From: Octopus sinensis
Lineage: Eukaryota
Reading direction: 5' to 3'
Length of the DNA: 64,000 bases
NCBI RefSeq assembly: GCF_006345805.1
Contig: NC_042997.1
Span: 67,394,001 to 67,458,000 of the forward strand
In this document: one piece after another, positions 36,519 to 47,366 of the stretch
How positions within the stretch are numbered: position 1 is the stretch's first letter
How the letters are laid out: each line of letters opens with the position of its first letter
Position numbers and translations under genes: made by a program
The notes under the pieces: model-generated
The model's input: the letters and a program-made list of their open reading frames with translations, nothing else
The model's database searches: none
Told to the model about the DNA's origin: nothing

Positions 36519-39404
36519 GTTGGTCAACAACTCATCATCATTTAGTGTTTAAATAACTTATACACATACATTTATCCTCATTGCTTCGCTTTGTTTTTCT
36601 TGTCTATAATTGAATTTATTAAACTGCATCCAAACAGTCTTACTAATAATAATGATTTCTCAGATCGATACAAAGCATCAATATTTTGAAAGGAAACATT
36701 TAGTATCTATAATACCTAGTATGTATTATTATTTTCTCTCTGTTTTTTGTCACCCTCGAGAGGAATCATATTCCTACTGAACATATTTTAAGTACCTGGA
36801 GACTTTTTGAAAATATTCGCTGTTATTATTTTGAATGGACGCGGAATTAGTTTTCGATTGGTGAGATATAGTAAATTAACTTGGTTCCAGAATACTATCT
36901 CTACCGGTAGATCCCATGTCAATGACAAGCGTTACTATTTTTCTGAAACATTATTTTGACTGTTTCCAGTTTTCTCAAATAGGTTATTGATGTGCAAAAT
37001 CTCTCACGTACATATTGGTATTACTTAGTTAAATTTTCTGAAGTCATAAACTTTTACACTTTCCTTTTTGTTTTCTTAATTAGAAGGGCCGTAGGAACGT
37101 AACTGATTTTATTCGATCGGTCTGTATCTATTATCATACCGACGCTACCGGTATTTGAACTCAGAACAGAAGTATCTAACTTCGGTTATTATGGATTATC
37201 CAGACCGGTGTTTTATCAACGGCGTTGCTAAGCAGTGTCCCTAAGATTTGCTTCTAAATAATAAAACTCATTGTTGTATTAAGTAGAGGATTATAGTTTG
37301 ATCCACTCTATCCCAATATTTTAATGATGGATTATTTCATTAATAATTTCTTCGTGTGCAAAAGTTACAGTTTTTATTGAAAGAACATCATCTAATACTT
37401 TACCGCCAGAGGGATGAAAATCAAAGTTGACCCTGGTGGGATCTGAAATACTACGACGTATTTACGTTTTGATTTATTCGGTGATCTCACAATGTTATCA
37501 ACGTGCATCCCATTAATAAGTGGTTTATATTTTATCATGATAATTTGCCAAGGATGATTAAGTGGGTTGGATCAACACCGGCAGGATTTTAACTTAAAAT
37601 ATGGAAAATTTTAACTCTACATATTTTATATAAAGAACTTTGTGCCGTGTTCTGTTGTTATGTCCGCTAACCAGTAAAACATTTTCAACGCTGTTTCTTT
37701 GGATTAAAAAATTTTATTGGGACAACCTGTTACTTTTGTTTTCTTAAGTTAAAAAGTAATATTACTATTTAAATGCCCGTTAGCATTTCAGTGTTAATTC
37801 ATGATGATCATCTAAAAGGCATTAGACGTCAACGCGACTTTATCTCTTCCCTTGTTAATTCTAAGTATTGGGCCTTTAAGAAAACATTTATGATGAAGAT
37901 TCTGTAATTTCTCCTTGTCGTGTTTCAAAGTTCTCTCGTAATGCACCACCACCCCTAATTAATGCTTTTAGCGGTTTCGTTTCTCAGATGGAATTGCTTA
38001 ACTCTGAAAATTTACCATTGCTTTAACCACTTCCTATAACATACCCTTACTCAGTAAATCTGAAATTTCATATCTCTATAACATACTATCTGTTGTTACA
38101 AGAACGAATTTTTTTTTAACACACACACGTTAACTAATGAGTTAGATGTATGGTATCGGTGAATATCTGTGCACTATATTAAAATCATACACACATACAC
38201 TAATTTTTAGGTACTTTTGCTTCGATTATCTGTCATATTTTTTAATAGATTGTTACTTTCGTCATTCAGTGACGTTGCTCCATTTCGATTCCTGGCTGTA
38301 GTATTTTCGATTTGCTGACGTAGCCAAAACCATTAAGAAAAGCATTAGTGTCGCAGAATCCTGTTTCCCCGGTTACCCCCCCCCCCCCCCATCACCCCCC
38401 ATCCACTATCGAACTGCGTTTTTCTGCTTTCGTCAGTGATTTTCCTAAGTTTAAGATATGTGCCATCCCTTGTATGAATACTGAATAAATAGTGCGAGTT
38501 GTGTCATTTAATTCAAGCTCGCAATATCGCTGACAGTGCTGGGTGTCACGACACCCCGGTTGGAAACGACTGGCTTAAGTGATCGGAAATATTGGGGACA
38601 GTAGAGTAGCTTGATTAAACGGTTTCCAATTTTGGCAGTGTGTGACCAGTTAATTGGCTGGTAATTATTTTATCGACTTTGGAAGAACGAAATGCAAAGA
38701 TGACCGATTCCAGCGCGATTTGAACCTAAACTTAGAGTAAAGAGATGTAACTAAATGCTGCAATACATGTTCAATGTTCTACCGATTCTAACGGTTTTAT
38801 AATTTTGTCTTGCCCTCTCTCACCCAAATTTTAGTTTTGATTTTGTCTTTCACCTCACTGTAGTCAACTCAAATAAAATTAGTTATAGCCCAAGTTAAGA
38901 CAACCAAGCAGAACACTACCACCGTATTAGCCATTGGATCTTGTCACGTAATCCAAAGAATTAATAGTGTTTATTTCTTTTTTTTTTAGCACAAATTATA
39001 CCCCTACCACCACCCTTTCATTCTTGCTTACGTGTATCTTTTTTATTTTGTTTTCTTCCCCCAACCCAATTTTAAAACTTGTCAACTGTGCAAAAAAACT
39101 GATTCCAGTGAATAAAAGGATTGTCAAATAAAAATATGTGGATAGATGAATTGAAGAGAAACTAGTTTAAAATTCTTTTAAATGTGGCATTCATTATTTC
39201 TTGACTATTCATATTCATTCCATATGTTAGCTTGTAACAAAGAGTAATATCATTAATATTAGTGTATTTGCTAGTACTACACAGAAAGAGGGAGATATAC
39301 ATAAAGAAAATACGATGATATAAACCAAATTAAAATTTATTTATATAATTTGATATGTAAAGAACCTCACTAAGAAACACAGATGAAACTGCTTATAACA
39401 GAAT

Positions 39405-39590
39405 CATTAGCATGCTGGGCAAAATGTTTAGCGATATTTCATCCATCTTTACATTCTGAGTTCAAATTCTGCCAAGGTTGACTTTGCTGTTCATTCTTTT
39501 AGGGTTGATAAACTATGACTACTGTGGTCAGTGTAATTGACCTGGCCTTTCCACTGAACTTGCCGGCTTTGTGCCAAAATCTGAAACCAA
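39405..39590 (+). mobile_element. SINE family B
   Basis: gaatcattagcatgctgggcaaaatg...ttctgagttcaaattctgcc...ggctttgtgccaaaatctgaaacc. Confidence 0.8.
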
Positions 39591-39825
39591 TAATTTCTGT
39601 TAAAATGATCATTTATTGAACTTACAGTGATGTTGAAATCAACTTTAGAAATGAAACATTTTGAAGTTTGCTTGTACATTATATTTTGGTTGCTGACCAT
39701 CTTCATCAGGCTTTCTTATTCCCAGATGGTATTGGATTGGATTTGAACTTGGAAGCCTGTTACTGAAAACTTAGAGTAATAATCATCTTATCATATACCC
39801 AGGCCTTTTTTTTTTTGTTATAGGA

Positions 39826-41270
39826 TTGGGTATCCACAGCAAGTCACACACCAGGCATTCCATTCATTTTCCAGCTCAAAGGGATGAGCTCCATTCTATG
39901 CTCAGGTCAAGACATAGAACACAACCCCCAATAGCAGCAGCAGGGCCCAACAGCATATGCTGGTTCCATACCCCTTTGAGCAACATGAAAATTCACTCAG
40001 CCATCCACAAACACTCTCCAAGCTTTCCTATCATCTCTTGCCTCTCGTTCCACCAAAGCTTTCCTCACTCCATCCATCCACACAAATTGAGGTCTGCCTC
40101 TGGTTCTGCTGCCTACCACTTCGGCCTTCATCACCCTCCTTACCATCCACTCCTCATCCATCCTCTCCATGTGGCCAAACCACTTCAACATTCGTCTATC
40201 CGATTTGGTTGTTAGGTTTTCTTTCATTCTTGCTTGTCTTCACACCTCCTCGTTCCTCATCCTGTCCATCCATGTCACACCAACCATAGCCCTCAGACAT
40301 CTCATCTCAAACACATCTAGTCACTTCCTTTCCGCTTCTCTCTTCCCCCACATATCTACACCATATAACATTGTCGGCACAATTACAATCTCATACATAC
40401 CTCTTTTCGTTTTCATACTCAACCTTTTCTCTCTCAGAATACCTTTCACATCTCCAAGTATCTTACTCCTCTCCCTCACTCTGTATCCCAACCCCCACCA
40501 CCACCACCACCGTCACATGTGATCCTAGATACTTAAAAACATTCACCTCCTCTAACATCTCACCATTTATATTCACATCCATCCTACCAGCCCTTCCATC
40601 TCTCGAATATCTCATCACCTTACTCTTAGCAACATTCATTTTCAGTTTCCTCCTCTCACACTCTTTTCCAAACTCTACCACTAGTCTCTTTAGTTGCTCT
40701 TCTGAATCCACCATCAGTGTTCTATCATCAGCAAACAACAACTGCCATTTCTCCATTTTCTCCCACCATTTGGACTCCTCTACCAAAGGTTCTAGCATTT
40801 GCCTCTCTCACCACACCATCCATATATAAATTAAACAGCCATGGAGACATCACACAAACCTGTCTTAACCCCACTTTCACATCAAACCATTCACTTCACC
40901 ACCCACCCTAACGCATGTCCTACTTTCTCTATAAAAACTTTGAACAGCTCTCAACAATCTACCATCTACTCCATACAACTGCAACACCTGCCACATTGCA
41001 TCCCTATCCACTCGGTCATATATGCCTTTTCTAAGTCCATAAAGGCCCTATACACCTCCCTCCTTTTTGTCAAAAACTTCTCACATATCTGTCTTACTAC
41101 AAATATTTGATCTGTACACCCCCTTCCACTCCTGAAACCATACTGCTCCTCCCCTAGTACAGTCTCTGTCTGGTTTCTCACCCTAACAATCAGAATTCTC
41201 CCATACAGTTTACTAACGACACACAACAGACTTATACCCCTAAAAATTTCCACACTCATTTATCCATTAA
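39826..41270 (-). mobile_element. 5'-truncated RTE-clade LINE (RT domain + 3' UTR), antisense in SEC22B intron 1
   Basis: GISLLCVVSKLY, QYGFRSGRGCTDQIF, AFMDLEKAY, LLFADD, FKYLGS and LKWFGHMERM in broken frames. Confidence 0.9.
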
Positions 41271-41754
41271 GTATAGGTGTCAGTGGTTTAGTGGACAAGA
41301 GTAAGACCACTCTTAGCTTTGAAATAAATATTCCTAGTTCAAATCTAGGTTCTAGGAATAAGACACTTGATGATAATCGATGGTCAAACCAGTTGAAACA
41401 AGAATATTAAAAAAGAAAATTATGTCTAATGTTATTTGCCTGAGAAAAAATTATCTTAACATGTCAGATGTTTAGACATTTAAAGAATCTGTGAGGAAAT
41501 ATTAAATTATTTTTTTTAATTTACTAAAACATTTCATTAAAATGATTGAATATTAATGAAACTTTAAAAAGTGATCATTCTAAATCTCAATTAAGGATGT
41601 AGTTTCAATATTGATTTGGAATACTTGCCTTATGTTGTTGATGCTTTGCTAAACAGAAAAAAAGCATAAATCTTACAACTTCCAATTTTCACTCCACCCC
41701 CAAAAGTGTTTAGGTCGTTGCATATGTCACTACAAAAAACTGTTTATTGTTGAG

Positions 41755-42260
41755 ATTATTTACAATTGACAGATATTTGTCCTCATCTTGTTTGTTGTTA
41801 ACACAACATTTCGGCTGATATACCCTCCAGTCTTCATCAGGTGTCTTGGGAAATTTTGAACCTGGGTTCTCATTCCTAAGGTATTTTTTCGATGTTGTTG
41901 TTGTTGTTACTATTATTATTATTATTATTATTCAGATCACTGCTTGGAATCGAACTTGGAATCTTGGGATTAGTAGCCTGCACTCTTAACCACATGCCCA
42001 TGAGCATATGGAGTAGTGGTTAAGCATGGCTACTAACCCCAAGAGTCCAAGTTCTATTCCAGGCAGTGACCTGAATAATTATAATAACAACATCGAAAAA
42101 TACCTTAGGAATGAGAACCCAGGTTCAAAATTTCCCCAAGACACATGATGAAGGCTGGAGGGTATATCAGCCAAAACGTTGTGTTAACATCAAACAAGAC
42201 GAGGACAAATATCCGTCAATTGTAAATAATGTACATAGTTCTTCATCTCTTAAAAAACTG
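41755..42260. mobile_element. Head-to-head inverted dimer of a tRNA-headed, hammerhead-containing retroposon (family P, copy 1)
   Basis: Arms 41755-~41990 and ~42002-42230 are imperfect reverse complements. Each has an A/B-box-like head, an (AAT)n/(AAC)n linker and a degenerate CTGATGA-ggctg..cagcc-GAAACGTT motif. The right arm has an extra 30-nt tail. Confidence 0.85.
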
Positions 42261-43007
42261 TTTGCTATCAAACAAGTCTACTTAATTTGCATAAAAATGA
42301 ATTTTCCTTATGGGAGATGCAGTCATTGTGGTATTTTTCATTTGTCCTTGGTTATTATTGCAAGTTACTGATTAAAGTATGCAAAAACTCATGACAATAG
42401 CATGCTGACTTTGCTTTGATAGATTACAGGAAGAATGCTTTTAATGATAACCCAGCAACCCATTAAAGATTATGACATAGAATGTCAAGATCAATAAGAT
42501 ATAAAATATCCAAGAGGTTGGCAGTTTGTATTTTATCACTGTTTTGTGTATATGGCAAGATGCTTAACTCACAAATAGCCCAATCTGCCTAGCTTTAAAT
42601 AGTTACTTGGGCAATAGTACTGTAAAACCTATGACTGTTTAAGTATATTAACCAACAGTGCTGAACTTAATTACTTTTATTCATATAGCTTGAAGTGAGG
42701 AGTTTTCTACCTGACTGACACTGTATCAAGACACAAATTTTCAATGTTGCTCCCATAGCACAATGACTTACATGTTTTACTAGAAGATAGAGTAGGAAGG
42801 CTTATGGTTAGCAGTCTTAAGAAGGTTTTAGGATGAGGATTGCGTGTAATAAAAGAAATAAGCCTAAATTTATTTGATTATATTTAAATAGACTGATGCA
42901 GAGTTAATAAGTTCAAAGAAGCAGACAATTTATGTAGTAACTAAAGAGACAAATAAAAATTTGAGAGTGGCTAAGTGAATGTAGTGTTGATTTAGTGCAA
43001 ATTTCCC

Positions 43008-43416
43008 AGATCTTTTCGGTTTGAACAGCAGTTTTTTTTAGCGGTGTCATGAAATTGTCACCCATAATTATGACCCTAGTATCGATCTATTGCATTTCAA
43101 TCTGTATTAGGGTTAGGGGTGGGGGGAAGGGTATCTTTTTTTCTTCACAAATGTAAATAAACCCAATCTGTTTCTTAAACGAGGGACATATTCATACGGC
43201 ACAGAATGTTTTTTACCTCAATGGACATATTTGATTGGTTGAAATTGCAGAAATTGAAGAAAAAAAACAACAAATATCTTACAGACTATAGAATTTTCTC
43301 AATAAAGCCAAGAGAAAAAGATGTTTTATAAACACATTCTACCAGTATACGAAGTTTAAAATTATTTAGTTACCTAGAAATTATGTTAAAAACTGCCGTT
43401 CAAACTGAAAAGATCC
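43008..43416 (-). mobile_element. Merlin-like MITE, copy 3 (opposite orientation)
   Basis: Perfect 8-bp TSD aatttccc. Confidence 0.9.
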
Positions 43417-43709
43417 AATTTCCCTACTAAGCAGATAGTCTTTTCTTGATAGCTATACAGAAATATATTTAATGAATATATGTGTAAAGGGTGCACAATT
43501 GTAGACAAGTAAGCAGTATTTTAGTACAGGGCAAGTTAGTAGAGATATGTTAGGGGCATATTTGCTATGTACTTTGTTAATATTGATTTGCCATATTCTT
43601 AATATTGATATTCCTTAAATTGGCACAATCCAATTGTAAGCTACATTATCTGACATCTGTCATTTCTGCCACTCCTGCTAACTTTTTCCTTAATTATAGT
43701 TTTAGAAGT

Positions 43710-43850
43710 CATCATCAGTTAATGTCTGCCTTCCAAGCTGGCATGAGTTGGACATTTTGATAAAGCTGGTAAACCAGAGGATTGCTTCAAGCTCCACTGT
43801 TTACTTTAGCATGGTTTTTATGACTGGATGCCCTTCCTAATGCCAGTCAA
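43710..43850 (-). mobile_element. Family C retroposon, partial
   Basis: catcatcagttaatgtc...gactggatgcccttcctaatgcc. Confidence 0.65.
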
Positions 43851-44389
43851 CTCTGATTATCTCAACAATTAGCAAACAAAAACTCGCCATCTCTTGAGAT
43901 ATTTAAAATCTAAAACAAGTAGAGGAAGTAACCCTAATAAAATCAGTTGATCAAAACTTTTGGACAATATATGTCCATGCTGATTGGAATGAATCTGGTT
44001 TTTAAAACCAAGTGCTGAAACCAATGCAACTGTCCCAGTCTTATACAGCCTTAGCAAAGAATATTCTGTGCAGTTGACCAGACTATGAGTGATCAATATA
44101 TAGAAATAGAAAGACTGCAGTGATTCTAAATATTTCAAGACTTTGTGTCGATCCAACAAGAGAAATAGAAAATTGTCATGTTCTTTTTGATATACTGCAA
44201 CAGTATCGTAACATTCTATAATAGTGAATATATTTGCACTTGCAAAATCATCGTCATTTTATGTTTGATTTTCATACTGGCATTTGTTGGGTTTGTCTGC
44301 TCTGGTACAATATCTTGCCACATGTTGCAATTACTCATCATCTCTTGTGTGTGGTTTAGCCTCTTGAGATCAACCATACTTTTTATCTT

Positions 44390-44900
44390 CCCATGACTTC
44401 CTCAGTTTTTCTCTTCTACAAGTTCCTTCTACTTGAATTACTTGACATTTTACCTACTGGCCATCCTTTATATACACCTTATGTCTACCTGTGCAGTCTT
44501 CTCTCTTGCATGCTACATCTGAATCCTCTGATGTCCATTTTTCTCTCAGCTCATCTTTTTCTTACCTACTAGCATTACATATCCAGCAGAATATGCTCAC
44601 AATATCTTTCTAGCATTAGCACATCCTTCGCATTTACTGTCCATGTTTTGCCATTATGTTCTATCACATATACAATTTTCCCTTTTCGCAAAGGAAGAAA
44701 TCCCTTATCAGCTTTTCCCCTGTATCCTTACTCAACTAATATGCTTTTACAACAACCATTGCCACTTTTGGAAATTTTCCTCTATTTAGCCTTCAGGAAT
44801 TCCCAGTCTGCCAATCTTGATCTGCTTTACACAGGAGAGAGTCGAGAACCATACACTAAATTTGTCTTGGGATTCGTTGCTAATTAGCACAGTATTGCTG
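44390..44900 (-). mobile_element. Old RTE-like LINE remnant
   Basis: Degenerate similarity to the RTE-type RT C-terminal region; no intact frame. Confidence 0.4.
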
Positions 44901-45599
44901 GTACACCTGCACAAAAATTATATAATATAGCCTTTATTTAAGAGTGTGCTTTGTGAAGCGTTTGACTCTTATTTGCAGCAGATTGAATAACAACTAAATT
45001 GCCTTGTGTACTAACCAAAGCCTAACAATATTTGATGGTTAAAGTCCTTGATATTAAGAGAAATAGTTACCATAGCTACAGTACATCTGTTCTATTATTT
45101 ATTAAAATATATGAATTAGGTGGTCTGTTGCAGTCTAGTTAAGATGTAACAATCTCTATCTTTAGCTGTCCATTTTCATTCTTATCTTCATTGATCGTAA
45201 CTTAGAGAATGAGATGCATCTTACTGATGATGATGAGATTTCAGATAAACCTAAAAGTGCATAAAAACGAAACAAGTCTATTTTGAATAACTATTTAATT
45301 TGAACTGACTTTCTCTCTACCCATCATGTAACATATTTGTTTGGTGTAATTTAGCAAAATATTTTCATTATAATGGCAATAAATATATCTCTTAAAATTG
45401 TGAGGCCATCCTGTACAAGCTCAGTTAGAGCATTAGACTAAAGACCTTACATGTTCTTAGTTCAATCCCAAGTTTTAACATGTTAACAAAGTTCTCATTT
45501 GTCCTTGAAATTATTACTAATCAAAATTTCTATAGTTTAAATTGTTCTCTTTTTACTTTTATTTACACTTGACTATAGATTATGTGTGCATGCATGTGT

Positions 45600-45760
45600 G
45601 CAATCACGGCTGTGTGGTTAAGAAATTTGCAACTACATGATATGGGGTTCAGTCCTATGGCACAGCATCTTAGGAAAGTGTCTTCTATTATAGCCCAAGG
45701 CAGATCAAGTTTTGTGAGTGAATTTTTTTGACAGAAACTAAAAGAAGCCCATCGTGAGTG
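45600..45760 (+). mobile_element. SINE family A, 5' partial
   Basis: ggctgtgtggttaagaa...gggttcagtcc...cagaaactaaaagaagccc. Confidence 0.75.
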
Positions 45761-46261
45761 TGTGTGTTTGCTGACATCTGCGTTTCTCAAAAAAAAAATC
45801 ATTGAGCTACAAGTGGTAAAGTTGTTATTTCTCCTATCAACAAATTATCTGCTGGCTTTGCACTTTTAAACATATGTAGAACAAGAGATCCCTTACTTGA
45901 AAATCAAGTAAATGTTAGGATCAAGAAGTGTACCTGGCTGTAAAATAATGCCTCAATAATACAGCCATCTTAAGATTGAGCAAAACAACACAGATATATG
46001 TAGAGAGAGTATTTTTGAAAGTTAAGAGTAAGAGTATAGTTGACTGTTTCAAAGTTATCTCATCAACCAGATGTGCCAGTGCTTTGTTATTTCCTCTTTG
46101 AGCTTTTATCATAAATTATATTTTAATTTTTATAATCAGTATATTGTCAATCTGCTTCTGATTTCCCACTAACACACACTTGCACCTCTTATTTGTATTT
46201 GTATTGCTCTATTATGTAAGTGTATTCTCTTACATATATATAACCTTTTTTCTCATTTTAG

Positions 46262-46377
46262 TCTGGGAGAAGTCTTATGGAATACCAAAATCAAGCTAAA
46301 CAGTTGTTTAAGAAAATATGTGGCAATACATCACCAACAACAAGACAGACATTAGAAACAGGGCAATATTTCTTCCA
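46262..46377 (+). CDS. SEC22B: SEC22b exon 2
   Basis: ttttag| acceptor; SGRSLMEYQNQAKQLFKKICGNTSPTTRQTLETGQYFF(H); ca|gtaagt donor; 116 nt. Confidence 0.92.
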
Positions 46378-46412
46378 GTAAGTGAATTTTGTTGTTGTTC
46401 TTCTTATTATTA

Positions 46413-46820
46413 AGGTGGCAAGCTATCATAATCATGCCAGGCAAAATGCTTAGCTTTTCTCCTGACTTAACATTGTAAGTTTAAATACTGCCAGGGTTGA
46501 TAAAATAAGTACCAGTTGAATACTGGGGTCGATTAAATTGACTTAGCCCCTCCCAGTATTGCTGGCCTTGTGCCAAAATTTTAAACTTATTGTTGTTGCT
46601 ATTAGGCTGGCATGCTGGCAGAATCATTAACATGCTGGGCAAAGTGCTTAGCATTCCATCCATCTTTAAGTTCTGAGTTCAAATTCCACTGAGGACGACT
46701 TTGCCTTTCATGCTTTTGGGGACAATAAAATAAATACCAGTTAAATACTGGGGGTTGATGTAATTGACTTCCCTCCTTCCCTCAAAAACTGCTGGCCCTT
46801 ACCAAAATTTGAAACCATTA
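46413..46820 (+). mobile_element. Two adjacent SINE family B copies
   Basis: Two consecutive consensus matches (~46413-46585 and ~46600-46820) separated by a short ttattgttgttgct tract. Confidence 0.75.
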
Positions 46821-46829
46821 TTATTCAGT

Positions 46830-47366
46830 GAGAGAGCAATGCATGCCATCAAAGTGACACTGGGGTACCAACATATGAAGCCCAGTACACCCATCGTGAC
46901 TACCCATCTAATAAGGATACACCAGGCACATGCATCACAACCATATGAGCATGACATGGTGATCTCGTTTCAAGGGAAACAGCACATGACCTTGCAGGTG
47001 GGGCCCAGTTAGAATTTTCTTCAGGTTGAATAGCCCATCCCACTCAAAAGGTCTCTGAATAATGTTTAAGGATAATGAATGAAACACCTTTGTTTCCAGA
47101 AGTGAAGTATTCATACCCCAAAGAATTCATCTCAACATATGCCTATGATGCTCCCTCACTACTCCTGGACATGATCAGAGATGCACATAATGTCAGCCAC
47201 TATACAGGACATGCTCAACTGGTTAAGGTCAAACAACTCTGTGGTATTGAGCAGAATATTTACTGTAGCCCATCTTTTATACCGAGACAAAACATGTACA
47301 TAACACTTCCAACCATTTAAGATCAGGAGCCATGAGAACTGCTGCCTGGTACTGCATCAGGGTATT
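46830..47366 (+). repeat. Unclassified interspersed repeat (~530 bp)
   Basis: Begins gagagagcaatgcatgccatcaaagtgacactgggg and ends ctgcatcagggtattta. I recognise it as an octopus high-copy repeat from memory only; single copy here. Confidence 0.35.

Noticed and set aside
39826-41110. Several overlapping plus-strand ORFs (110-152 aa)
   Set aside because: Antisense frames of the RTE LINE fragment.
41355-41410. acacttgatga...gttgaaac hammerhead-like spacing
   Set aside because: Core C missing, weak helix II, no cleavage-site pairing.
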